Positions 39,369 to 50,699 of a DNA stretch of 64,000 nt are shown here, in pieces (within the stretch, counting starts at the first letter, position 1; every line of letters starts with the position of its first letter). Both the position numbers and the translations under genes were made by a program. Source of the DNA: Podarcis vaucheri (lineage: Eukaryota); NCBI GenBank assembly GCA_965113315.1, contig OZ220371.1, one strand, 5' to 3'. Below the pieces are notes generated by a model. The model did no database searches and was not told the origin of the DNA. It worked only from the letters and a program-made list of their open reading frames with translations.

Positions 39369-41841
39369 CTACTCCCAGGGAGAGGCATTTGTCTCTAGGA
39401 CCAAAAGGTCAGCCTTGCATGTGACCCACTTTGATTTATGGGCAGGGGGTATATTTTCAGTTTTTCCTCAAGTGGCAAAATGTCTTGGGCCAGACCTATT
39501 TGTTTTGGACTACAACTACCACCAGCTCAAACTGCAGTGGACGCTGCCTCATTAGGACAAATGAGACACTGCCCCACCAGCCAGTCTGTTCCCACTTGCC
39601 CACTTAAAACCAGTCCATGGGATGGCACTGCCTGTCAATTTCCTCCTCCTTCGTCTCAGTGTTGCCCTTGCAGAATTCAGCAGGGAGGATGGGGACATGT
39701 CAGTAGTTCTGGTTCCAGCTTCTGTTGGTCTCCCTGCCTTCTGCCCAGTGAGCAGCAGCCACTGCAGCCCAGCCAGCATGGCCAATGCTCAGGGATGCTG
39801 GGAGCTGCAATCTAGAACATCTGGAGAGCCATAGGTTACCCATCCCTGAGCTATCAGTGCCAGTAACACCAAATTGAGGAAGTGCAAATCTTGTAACACT
39901 CCAAACCACCTACTAGCAGTAAAGTATTATTAATATTGCTGCTAAGGCAGAAGTTGTCAGTGTGGTGCCTGTGGACGGAGATGCACCTGCATAAGCCTTC
40001 CCTGGCACCAGAAAAGCCCTCTTCCCCTGCTGAGTATAGATTGTGGTATGTGCTTGGTTGAAGTTTGAGTGTTGCCCATGACAGTTTCTCTGGTTTGCAA
40101 ATGTTGTTGTTGTTGGTTGTTATTTATTGAATTTATATAACACCCTATACCTGAAGGTCTAGGGCGGTTCACAGAACATATATCCATGGGCCCCAAAAGG
40201 TTGGTGACTTCTGTATGAAGGTTAGCTTTTGAGCATTTCCTCATGAGGATAGCTGACCCTCAGTCACATGAATCATGTGTAGGCATTATTCTATAATTCC
40301 TCAGAGAGTGCATGGTTTTTGTATCTGCACTTATAATTATGGCAAACCCGGGGCAACAGATCCTTAGATATGTTTCGCCTTGGCATTTGCTCCCACCATG
40401 GCTGCTGCCTAGGTCATAATTCTACTTGTTGCAAAGTTATGTGCTGGTTATCTTTGCTACAACATCAAACTCCATGTCTTGTGTTCAGATGGTTATGTAC
40501 AATGACTCTAGGCAGCTCTATTCTCAAAAGAGCTATGCTGGCTTGAAATATGAATGAGGTTTGCATTGGCAAAGCAGAATGATGCTGCCAGCCAAGTCAA
40601 TGGTTCAACTACCATTGTTTCCAAGACTGCTTCACTTTCACTCTCAGCCTTCCATTTTTCTGCTTTCCAATATGTGTTTCTACACCATGCAGATATAACT
40701 ATTTTTATTCCTTTAGTTGACAGCAAGAGAATGCTGTTTTGTAACTCAAGCCTCTGTACTAGCTAATGAGCCACATTTTCAATGTTCATGCATTTCATGA
40801 AGGAAAGAGTGGTAGAATTCCAGCTGGTCATGCTTACACACATCTCTGGCCTAGGAGCAGCTAGGGGAAGAGGAAGAGGTTCTGGTGTGAACTGCATTCC
40901 CAAAAGCAAGGTAAACTGAAAAGCAAGCAAACTCACAAAAAAGGAAGAGAATTGTCCTCTAATTCAGGATGGAGGTATCTGTCAAGTTCACCAGCATTTT
41001 AGTGTTCATTTCTCCTAATATGCACATTTTTGCAAATAAATAGGCCTAATATGTGTGCCATATTCACCAATATATGCATTTTCACCAATATATGCATTTT
41101 TATCCACACATGCATTTGTGCACATATTTTTGTGTTGGAGAACTGCATCACAAAATTTAGAGGGCTTTCAAATTTCAAAGGATAGCTGCATTTTTGCTTG
41201 CATATACTTTCAGGAAATGTGAATTAAGTATTCATGCATATAGCATTGAGTGAGAGAAAGCAGGGATGAGTTTGATAAGCTCCACCCTCTCATTGCAGTC
41301 ACAATCACCTTCCACAAATTAGAGGGCAAGCTTCTGAAGCATGGCGTCTCCTGTACTTGTGGAAGACCAGGGTTCTTAATGGCACCTGGAGCCTCCACAA
41401 GTGTCATAAAGGTCTTCATGGGCATCAGGTTGGTGACTTCTGCTCTAATGAACCAGGCCGCCGCTGACTTTAATTGCGGTGTAGGAGAAATGAAGAGTGG
41501 AAACAATGCAACACACTAAAATATTAGAATTCAACATTGGCTATTCATTGTTTGTAGTCATGTTTCAATGATATTTTCTCAGTTAAGAATGTATACTAAT
41601 AACTTGGGGCATCAGTCACAAGGAGCCCTAATTCTGCCCATACTGTGCATACCTATAAAATCTGGCACTGTGGTGTGCATATAATTAAAGATTACACAGG
41701 TTAATTTTGCAGCTGTTCCTAATGGTGGTCCTTGTCACAGGGCTGGATTTTTTAAAAAATCTGTGTCATCTATATGTGATGAATCCTGGCTAGTATTTGT
41801 GTCTCTAATCAAAAAGCCACATTTTCTTCTTTGCCAGCATA

Positions 41842-42067
41842 CAGTAGTACCTCGGGTTAAGTACTTAATTTGTTCCAGAGGTCCGTATTTAACCTGAAAC
41901 TGTTCTTAACCTGAAGCACCACTTTAGCTAATGGGGCCTTCTGCTGCTGCTGCGCCGCCGGAGCCCGATTTCTTTTCTTATCCTGAAGCAAAGTTCTTAA
42001 CCCGAAGCACTATTTCTGGGTTAGCAGAGTCTGTAACCTGAAGCGTATGTAACCTGAGGGACCACTA
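41842..42067. mobile_element. Tigger/pogo-like MITE
   Basis: TA|CAGTAGTACCTCGGGTTA ... TAACCTGAGGGACCACTA|TA, with repeated internal TAACCTGAA motifs. Confidence 0.8.
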
Positions 42068-42575
42068 TATATGCAGAAAGACAGTCTTCACTCTGAACAT
42101 GAAATCTGCAGTGTCTGCTCATGTTCATTCAGGCTGGAGACTCCTTTTTGTTTCAGAAAGGTGCCACCATGTTCTTAGCTGAGGAAAAATTAAAGCTCAG
42201 GACCTGGGGAGCAGAGGAGAGATTCTCTTCTTGTTCTCACATAATTACTCTGCAGGTATATGGTTTGGTCAGGGAACTGCTCCGTAGCCTACTCAGCATG
42301 AGAGTTAATTTGGTCCTGAGCCGAAATAGCAATCCTGCCTTTAATTACAAACAAAACACACTGGGTTGATCTTCCCAATATCCTCAATATCTCACCAGCC
42401 AGACATCCCAGCTGACCTTACAAACATGGTAAGACAATAGCCTTCTTAATGCATTTTTAACCCATTTTTAAGTAAACATGTGAGACAGGAACTAGTGCAG
42501 TAGCTTCACCTCCATAAGGTTGGAAGGCAAACACTTGAAGTGCGGAGCCTCATGTACTCCCTGGAAAATCAGGGT

Positions 42576-42576
<1 letters not shown>

Positions 42577-42611
<35 letters not shown>
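42577..42611. repeat. (GCAA)n microsatellite
   Basis: Direct read. Confidence 0.9.
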
Positions 42612-44964
42612 ACACACTAGGAAGAGCTCTCTATGAGTCCAGGAGGCTCCCTGCTTCAGACAGTCACACTTCAACTTGTGGGGGGGAGGAAGAATGTATA
42701 AAGAGAGCTGGTGATTTCCAGCATAGAGGTCCCCTTCAGATAATATGTAGCTAATTAAGGTGTGGAAGAAAAAGGGGGCTTCAACATGCTGCCTTTATGC
42801 ATTCATTGGTCCTTTGTATAGAGCTGTTGTGAATGCTACATGCAAATAGGCTCTATAGGAGTGATCTGTATCTTGCATTTTGCAGGGTAGCAGAGCAATC
42901 ACAAAACATTCATGTGCATAGATGATGCACAGAATATCTAATCAATACATCAAGGTTGAGGTTGGATGTTTTCTGTTTTGTTTGAAAAATAGTTTACTTT
43001 GCTGAGACTGATTCTGACTCAAGCAAGAGATCATCATTGAAGTGGCCTTTGACTTCCTTGACAGGAGATGTACTCTTTATCACCATTCTATTACTGAGCC
43101 TTCCCCCTCAGTAGTCACAAAAGTTCAATGTTATTTCACGCCATCCTAATACAGCTCAGGAAAAGAGATGCTTCATTTGGACTTCTGCATCTCATTTATA
43201 CATTTGTCAAACTCAGTGTAATTTCAATCTACTAGCCAGCCGCCTTGAACCATTTAAAAAAATAGTAAGCTGGAATATAAATCTCAATAATAAATTATAA
43301 CAAATGAGACCGCCAATAAAAAGGGTGCATGGAGTGTTGCTGTTCCAAGATTCCAGCCAATAATGTCCTTTTCCAGGACAATCCTTCCCATTGCTGCTCC
43401 CTACTGGTTTTCTCTCCCCACCACCCAGCCACTCAGCATTCCACGCCCACTTTAGTATGCTCAGTCCTCATTGAAATTCCTTCCCCCCTAAATATTTTTG
43501 TATTTCTTGGGGTTCCTTGCATCTGCTGATACACCCCTCTTGTGCATGGTAGTTTGTATGTCTTGTTAACATAAATAGCCACACTCATAGAATGCTAAAA
43601 GTCTCAGTACTTGAACCCGTAATAAAGGACTGTCTTAGACATTACAAAGATGAATAAGAGACCTGGCTCCTGCTTTCACTGGGAAAATGAAATTGGTTTC
43701 TGAATGTGTAACAAGTTTGCAATGTGTGTAGCAAAGGTGTAGGTGTATGATATGCTTGGATAAATTACTTAGCTTATTATAATGTATAAAGAGCAATTCT
43801 TCTGCTGAATCACAGATGAGACAGAGCAAACAACAGCTCATACTTCCCTTTCTACATGTGTGTATGTGTGTAGGTGTGTAGCTGCTCCCAACTTTCTTCG
43901 TTTGGAGGCCTTCTGGCATCACTGAATAAGGTGTGACTTTTTTGGCACATGGGTAAAAGGGTTGCCAGAGGGGATGCATTACCCTGTAATTAGTGCACGT
44001 TAACCATGCTAGAATATCTCTCCTCCCTCCCAGCAAGCTTATTTTTTCATGTTGAGATTATGATAAACCTAGAGGAGCGTTCTTCTTTAATTTGGCAAGA
44101 GATGCTTTGAAAAAGACACATGCCTGCTTTTGCCCAGGGAAAAATGTAAATCCATTGATTAAGGAAACGTGTCTTAGGCCTGCCACTTTTGCATTTACAT
44201 TCCATATTTTGGAATGCAAGAAATATTGGTGTAGTGATATCCGGGTGGACTGTGTCTCATTAGTGGGCTGTTAGCAGATGGTAGCAACAAAATACAAATA
44301 TCTCAGGAGTTGAGGTTGCCTACTTTTTGAGCAACCCCTACTTCTGTGCCTTTTAACAGCAGCTGGATTCTCCTTTCTCCATGCTGTGAGAATCTTGAGC
44401 TGCTAATTTCTGCATCTCATGCTACTGTTAAAAGTGAGAGAAAATGGCATGGCACTTCCTCTCTGTCCCTCCTGCATTAGATGACAAACCAACATAGGGC
44501 TCAGTTCTAGGACAGAGATAATGTATCAATGGCTACAAGCCATGGTGGCTAATTGTTATGGGATTGGAGGATCAGTATGGGTTATATCTGTGGGTCTCTT
44601 CCAGGCTTGTGATTCTGCATCAATGAAGTTTTGAATCTAGTAGAAGAGGTCACTGAATGGGTCAGAACAGTTCCTTAACTGTCTGGTTAAATGCTACCAT
44701 GTACATGTGCAAAGAAGCTGCCCAGTAGCCATAGAGACAAATGGAGGTAGCTCTCCCCACCTCCCAATTTGTTGGAAACAACATCACCTTGCTAAGCTGG
44801 ACCCAAAGCTATGGCTTGGTGATCTTCCTGGGAACCTAACTGGGAGGCAAGATTTGTGGAGTGCTAATACTATGAGCCATTCCATCCTATATTCTAAAGA
44901 TACTACCATCTCTGTTGACTGTCATTCCAAGAAAACCAAACCTCTGAGGCCCTGCATAACATAA

Positions 44965-45253
44965 AGCTCTAGGCTGATCAGGAGCTTGGAGCACTTTCTC
45001 TACAAGGAAAGGCTAAAAGGTTGAGGAGTTGATTTCGTCTACTATTGCTTTAGAATATAAACAAGACAACAAAAGAGGGGCATACATGATAGTGGTTTTT
45101 AGAACTAGGCATGCTTTGGAGAAAGTTGACAGCTAATATAAAAACTTAATGTAGGCTTCCAATGAAACACAACAATGAAAATGATTTGCTGCTGCAAGAT
45201 ATGGTGATAACCATCCACTTAGGTGACTTTAGAAGGGGACTAGGCAAATTCAT
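44965..45253 (+). mobile_element. Old, decayed CR1 3' remnant (continues at ~49114 after the insertions)
   Basis: Degenerate similarity to the CR1 ORF2 end: 'ggagcac..ctctacaaggaaaggctaa', 'gggg.atacatgatag', 'tttgctgc..caagatatggtg', 'ggactaggcaaattcatgga'. Confidence 0.6.
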
Positions 45254-45473
45254 GGGACGCGGGTGGCGCTGTGGTGTAAACCACTGAGCCTTGGGCTTGC
45301 CGATTGGAAGGTCGGCGGTTCGAATCCCTGCGATGGGGTGAGCTCCCATTGTTCGTTCCCAGCTCCTGCCAACCTAGCAGGTCGAGCAAGTAGATAAGTA
45401 GGTACCACTCTGGTGGGAAGGTAAACGTCATTTCTGTGTGCTGCAGTGATCTGTGGGCCTGACAAGATGTCTC

Positions 45474-45941
45474 GAAGCAGTGATCTGTGGGCCTGACAAG
45501 ATGTCTCGGGAGGTGTGCTGTCTCCCCGGGGCTAAGATCCAAGATGTAACTGAACGACTGCAAGGAATCATAAAACCCACTGACGAATACCCCTTCCTCT
45601 TGGTTCATGTGGGAACCAATGACACTGCAAGCAATAGCCTCCAGAAGATCAAAAGAGACTACGAGGCTCTCGGCAGGAAATTGAAGCAACTAAATGCACA
45701 AATTGTCATCTCGTCTGTCCTCCCAGTTGAACAACGTGGCCCAGGGAGAGAGGGGAAAATAGTGGAAGTGAACAGCTGGCTTCGCAAATGGTGTAAACAG
45801 GAACGGTTTGGATTCTTAGATCACGGACTGCAGTTTCTTGAAGATGGACTTCTGGCAAGTGATGGGCTGCACCTCACAACGGTTGGGAGAAATGTTTTTG
45901 CCAAAAATCTCAGAAACCTCATCAGGAGGGCTTTAAACTGA
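45474..45941 (+). CDS. CR1 ORF1, C-terminal SGNH esterase-like domain (5'-truncated, no native start)
   Basis: VCCLPGA, VHVGTND and DGLHL motifs. Ends ...LIRRALN*. Confidence 0.85.
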   Translation, partial: EAVICGPDKMSREVCCLPGAKIQDVTERLQGIIKPTDEYPFLLVHVGTNDTASNSLQKIKRDYEALGRKLKQLNAQIVISSVLPVEQRGPGREGKIVEVNSWLRKWCKQERFGFLDHGLQFLEDGLLASDGLHLTTVGRNVFAKNLRNLIRRALN

Positions 45942-45946
45942 CTAAT

Positions 45947-48868
45947 GTGGGGGAGGGAGACAGTGCTCCTGAAGGTAGGAGTCTATCAATTAATGAAGAT
46001 GATCATCCAAATGTCATAGACCAAATGGAGCAAACAGCACGCGGACCTAGTGGAGGGAGGAAAAAATCCTTAAATAAGAGACACGGGGGAATGATTAATG
46101 GACTTCAATGTCTGTACACTAATGCGCAAAGCATGGGAAATAAACAAGATGAGCTTGAGCTCTTGGTACAGCAAACTAAATATGACATAATAGGCATCAC
46201 TGAAACCTGGTGGGATAAGTCCCACGATTGGAATGTAATAATGGAGGGATACAATCTATTTCAGAGAAACAGACCAGACAAGAAAGGAGGAGGAGTGGCG
46301 TTATATGTCAGGGGTGTGTATACCTGTGAAGAGATCCAAGATTTAGAACCTCAAAGCCAAAGTGAGAGCATTTGGGTCAAAATTCAGGGAGAGAAGAATA
46401 ACAGAGACCTCATTGTGGGAGTTTACTATAGATCCCCAAGCCAAACGGAGGACATAGATGATGCCTTCCTGGAACAGATGGCCAAGCATGCAAAAGGAAG
46501 GGAGATAGTAGTAATGGGGGACTTCAATTACCCGGATATTTGTTGGACGTCAAACTCAGCCAAGAGCATAAGGTCAAACAGATTCCTCACTGGCCTTGCA
46601 GACAACTTCATTGTCCAGAAAGTGGGAGAAGCAACAAGAGGAACAGCCATTTTAGACCTGGTCCTAACCAATGTTGATGACCTGGTTAGTGGGGTAGATG
46701 TGGAAGGATCATTAGGCGCGAGTGATCATGCTCTTCTGAAGTTTACTATACAGCGGAAAGTAGCAGCCAAGCATACTAGGACTCAATTTCTTGACTTTAA
46801 GAAAGCCGACTTCATAAAACTTAGGGAAGTGCTGGGTGAGATCCCATGGACAGCAATACTAAAAGGAAAGGGAGTTCATGATGGCTGGGAGTTTGTTAAG
46901 ACGGAGATAGTAAAAGCACAACGTCAGGCAATACCAATGAGACGAAAACATGGAAGGTGCCTAAAGAAACCAGGGTGGCTATCTAAAGAACTTTTAACTG
47001 AATTAAGATTAAAAAAGGATGTGTACAAAAAATGGAAAAGGGGGGAAACCACCAAAGAGGAATTCAAACAAATAGCCAGCACGTGTAGACACAAAGTCAG
47101 AAAAGCTAAAGCACAGAATGAACTCAGGCTTGCTAGAGAGGTTAAAAGCAACAAAAAAGGCTTTTATGGGTATGTTCGTAGCAAAAGGAAGAACAAAGAA
47201 ACAGTGGGGTCACTCAGAGGAGAAGATGGTGAAATGCAAACAGGGGACACAGAAAGGGCTGAACTCCTCAATGCCTTCTTTGCCTCAGTCTTCTCCGATA
47301 AAGAAGACAATGCCCGACCTGAAGAATTTGAAGCAAATGATTCAGCAAAGGAAACACAGCCCAGAATAACTAAGGAGATAGTACAAGAATATTTGGCTAG
47401 ATTAGATGTATTCAAGTCTCCAGGGCCAGATGAACTGCATCCAAGAGTATTAAAAGAACTGGCAGATGTGATCTCAGAACCACTGGCAGTCATCTTTGAG
47501 AATTCCTGGAGAACAGGCGAAGTCCCGGCAGACTGGAGGAGGGCAAATGTTGTCCCTATTTTCAAAAAGGGGAAAAGAGAGGACCCAAATAATTACCGCC
47601 CAGTCAGTCTGACATCAATAGCAGGGAAGATTCTGGAGCAGATCATTAAGCAAACAGTCTGTGAGCACCTAGAAAGGAATGCTGTGATCACCAATAGTCA
47701 GCATGGATTTCTGAAAAATAAGTCATGTCAGACTAACCTGATCTCGTTTTTTGACAGAATTACAAGCCTGGTAGATGAAGGGAATGCAGTGGATGTAGCC
47801 TACCTTGATTTCAGCAAAGCATTTGACAAGGTGCCCCATGCTATTCTTGTAAAGAAGCTGGTAAAATGCGGTCTTGACTATGCTACCACTCAGTGGATTT
47901 GTAACTGGCTGACTGACCGAACCCAAAGGGTGCTCATCAATGGTTCCTCTTCATCCTGGAGAAGAGTGACTAGTGGGGTGCCACAGGGTTCTGTCTTGGG
48001 CCCGGTCTTATTCAACATCTTTATCAACGACTTGGATGATGGACTCAAGGGCATCCTGATCAAATTTGCAGATGACACCAAACTGGGAGGGGTGGCTAAC
48101 ACCCCAGAGGACAGGATCACACTTCAAAACGACCTTGACAGATTAGAGAACTGGGCAAAAACAAACAAGATGAATTTTAACAGGGAGAAATGTAAAGTAT
48201 TGCACTTGGGCAAAAAAAATGAGAGGCACAAATACAAGATGGGTGACACCTGGCTTGAGAGCAGTACATGTGAAAAGGATCTAGGAGTCTTGGTTGACCA
48301 CAAACTTGACATGAGCCAACAGTGTGACGCGGCAGCTAAAAAAGCCAATGCAATTCTGGGCTGCATCAATAGGAGTATAGCATCTAGATCAAGGGAAGTA
48401 ATAGTGCCACTGTATTCTGCTCTGGTCAGACCACACCTGGAGTACTGTGTCCAGTTCTGGGCACCACAATTCAAGAAGGACACTGACAAACTGGAACGTG
48501 TCCAGAAGAGGGCAACCAAAATGGTCAAAGGCCTGGAAACGATGCCTTATGAGGAACGGCTAAGGGAGCTGGGCATGTTTAGCCTGGAGAAGAGGAGGTT
48601 AAGGGGTGATATGATAGCCATGTTCAAATATATAAAAGGATGTCACATAGAGGAGGGAGAAAGGTTGTTTTCTACTGCTCCAGAGAAGCGGACACGGAGC
48701 AATGGATCCAAACTACAAGAAAGAAGATTCCACCTAAACATTAGGAAGAACTTCCTGACAGTAAGAGCTGTTCGACAGTGGAATTTGCTGCCAAGGAGTG
48801 TGGTGGAGTCTCCTACTTTGGAGGTCTTTAAGCAGAGGCTTGACAACCATATGTCAGGAGTGCTCTGA
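45947..48868 (+). CDS. CR1 ORF2: APE endonuclease plus reverse transcriptase (973 aa from GTG; first in-frame ATG at 46025)
   Basis: APE motifs YTNAQS, GITETW, GDFN, LDLVL, SDH. RT motifs [28 protein letters not shown]. No stops or frameshifts. Confidence 0.97.
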   Translation: MGEGDSAPEGRSLSINEDDHPNVIDQMEQTARGPSGGRKKSLNKRHGGMINGLQCLYTNAQSMGNKQDELELLVQQTKYDIIGITETWWDKSHDWNVIMEGYNLFQRNRPDKKGGGVALYVRGVYTCEEIQDLEPQSQSESIWVKIQGEKNNRDLIVGVYYRSPSQTEDIDDAFLEQMAKHAKGREIVVMGDFNYPDICWTSNSAKSIRSNRFLTGLADNFIVQKVGEATRGTAILDLVLTNVDDLVSGVDVEGSLGASDHALLKFTIQRKVAAKHTRTQFLDFKKADFIKLREVLGEIPWTAILKGKGVHDGWEFVKTEIVKAQRQAIPMRRKHGRCLKKPGWLSKELLTELRLKKDVYKKWKRGETTKEEFKQIASTCRHKVRKAKAQNELRLAREVKSNKKGFYGYVRSKRKNKETVGSLRGEDGEMQTGDTERAELLNAFFASVFSDKEDNARPEEFEANDSAKETQPRITKEIVQEYLARLDVFKSPGPDELHPRVLKELADVISEPLAVIFENSWRTGEVPADWRRANVVPIFKKGKREDPNNYRPVSLTSIAGKILEQIIKQTVCEHLERNAVITNSQHGFLKNKSCQTNLISFFDRITSLVDEGNAVDVAYLDFSKAFDKVPHAILVKKLVKCGLDYATTQWICNWLTDRTQRVLINGSSSSWRRVTSGVPQGSVLGPVLFNIFINDLDDGLKGILIKFADDTKLGGVANTPEDRITLQNDLDRLENWAKTNKMNFNREKCKVLHLGKKNERHKYKMGDTWLESSTCEKDLGVLVDHKLDMSQQCDAAAKKANAILGCINRSIASRSREVIVPLYSALVRPHLEYCVQFWAPQFKKDTDKLERVQKRATKMVKGLETMPYEERLRELGMFSLEKRRLRGDMIAMFKYIKGCHIEEGERLFSTAPEKRTRSNGSKLQERRFHLNIRKNFLTVRAVRQWNLLPRSVVESPTLEVFKQRLDNHMSGVL

Positions 48869-50699
48869 TGGTGTTTCCTGCTTGGCAGGGGGTTGGACTC
48901 GATGGCCCTTGTGGTCTCTTCCAACTCTATGATTCTATGATTCTATGATTCTCCAGAAGCGGCTTAGTCATGCTGGCCACATGACCCAGAAAAACTGTCT
49001 GCAGACAAACGCCGGCTCCCTCGGCCAGTAAAGTGAGAAGAGCGCCACAACCCCCGAGTTGTTCGTGACTGGACTAAACTGTCAGGGGTCCTTTACCTTT
49101 TAGGCAAATCCATGGAGTAGAGACGTGTTAGGCTATTTGTCACGAAGACAAGTTGGAACTGTAACATGAGCGTACTTTGTTTACTGTTCTCCTCTCACTC
49201 TAACAACAACAACAACAATTTATTTGTATTCTGCCCTCCCCGGCCAAAGCCGGGCTCACAGTGGCTAACAATAGGTATTCTGTTCCCTACCTCAATCAGT
49301 CAGCAATCTGTAGCTCAACCCTCACTGGGTTGTTTTTTTTGCTTCTACCATTATGTCCTGTCCCCCGATATTTTTTTTATCTCTTCATTTACCTATAGAC
49401 TTGAAGTAACCAATGTGTAGAGTGCTGGACTTGGATCATGGGGAACTGAAATCTATTTCTAGTTTAGCAATGAGCATTCTTGAGTGTTAATCTAAATTCT
49501 CCATCTGTAAAATGGGAAAAATCTCATGGTTTGCATTTCCACTGTTTGTAATTTGAATATATTGGCTAGAATGTCCATATATTAAAAAGTATGCTCTTAC
49601 ATGTTCTACCTACCATGAACAATATTTCACTTGTACAAAAACAGCACAGAGACTTAAATGTACATTTGGTGCCATGTATGAAAAGCCATTTTGGGCATGA
49701 CCAGAGTGATACTTTCCTGTGGAGATGTTTCCAAACTCAAATGCAGAACTGGAATCTGGCACATTGTTTTGAGGGCTGATCTTGCTTCATGCCCTTAATA
49801 ATACCTCATGTTGAGCTGATACTGGTGCAGAATATGAGAGAGAGAGAGTGTTTTTGAAATGAACACTTATAGACCTGTAAAATATTTGATGCAGAAAGCA
49901 GTATTTGGCTGAGTGGGTGATAAATTGAAATAATTTATAAAATTGTTACTGCTTTTAAAAACAAAAAGGAAAATCAATATATCCTTATAAATATAAATAA
50001 CCACAACATTATAATGAAAGGCTGGATAACAGGTGAATGTCGTCCAGTTCAGAACTGGCCCCCTGGCATAGGAGCCCCCTCCCAAACATTTTAAAGTCTC
50101 CAGCATCATACGGTTCTGGTACGCCCCAAGCAGAGAATGACATGCCTGTTAGCCATCTCTTGATTCTCTTATTACTGCTTTGGATGTTTCTCCTATTTTT
50201 TATTTTTTTAAAAAAAATCATTTCATTTTCCCATGGTGCATCCTTTGCAAAAGCAAGCAAGCAAAAGCCCAGGTGGCAGGCAATGCATAAGCCAGACAGA
50301 CTTCTCCTTTAAAAGAACTTGACAATTTTTGGAACGCGTGAGATCCGTCTTCAACACCCACTGGCTGCTGTCCCTGCGTGAAATGCTCCTTCTTTTCCAA
50401 AGAGGCAGGTCCCTCGATGCAAACCTTCGGAACAGAGGGAGTCTCCTCCCTGCACAGTGTAAATGGAGCATGACATCTTCAGCTCTTTCAGGGCTGCAAG
50501 GAGTTAACGCAGACAGTTTCCAAGTGCGGTAGTGTCTCTCGTTCTCTTTCCTTGCCTCCTCCTCCCCACCCTGTTTCTCTCTTCTCTCCCCCCCCCATTT
50601 TCCCCTAGTTTTGGCAGGGGATTAAAGTAGCTCCCCCCTGTGGCAGCAGTGACCCAGAAATGAGTTTGATTCACAGAGTCCTTCCTCCATAACAAGTAA

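Larger units (their letters stand above)
45445..48952 (+). mobile_element. Young 5'-truncated CR1 LINE
   Basis: 3' part of ORF1, uninterrupted ORF2, short 3' UTR and (ATTCTATG)n tail diagnostic of amniote CR1. Confidence 0.97.
45254..49100 (+). mobile_element. Sauria SINE split by a CR1 insertion (5' part 45254-45444, 3' part 48953-49100)
   Basis: Both halves are collinear with the intact copy at 19003-19361. ACCTTT tail. TSD TAGGCAAATTCAT (45241-45253) / TAGGCAAATCCAT (49101-49113). Confidence 0.92.

Noticed and set aside
39221-39424. Poly-Leu, signal-peptide-like ORF
   Set aside because: Translation of a (GTT)n microsatellite.
46924-48924. Antisense ORFs within CR1 ORF2
   Set aside because: Shadow ORFs of a coding strand with no independent evidence.
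18988-49113. Apparent shared target motif (TAGG.CA) in both Sauria SINE TSDs
   Set aside because: The two SINEs are in opposite orientation, so the motifs do not correspond relative to the element, and n=2.
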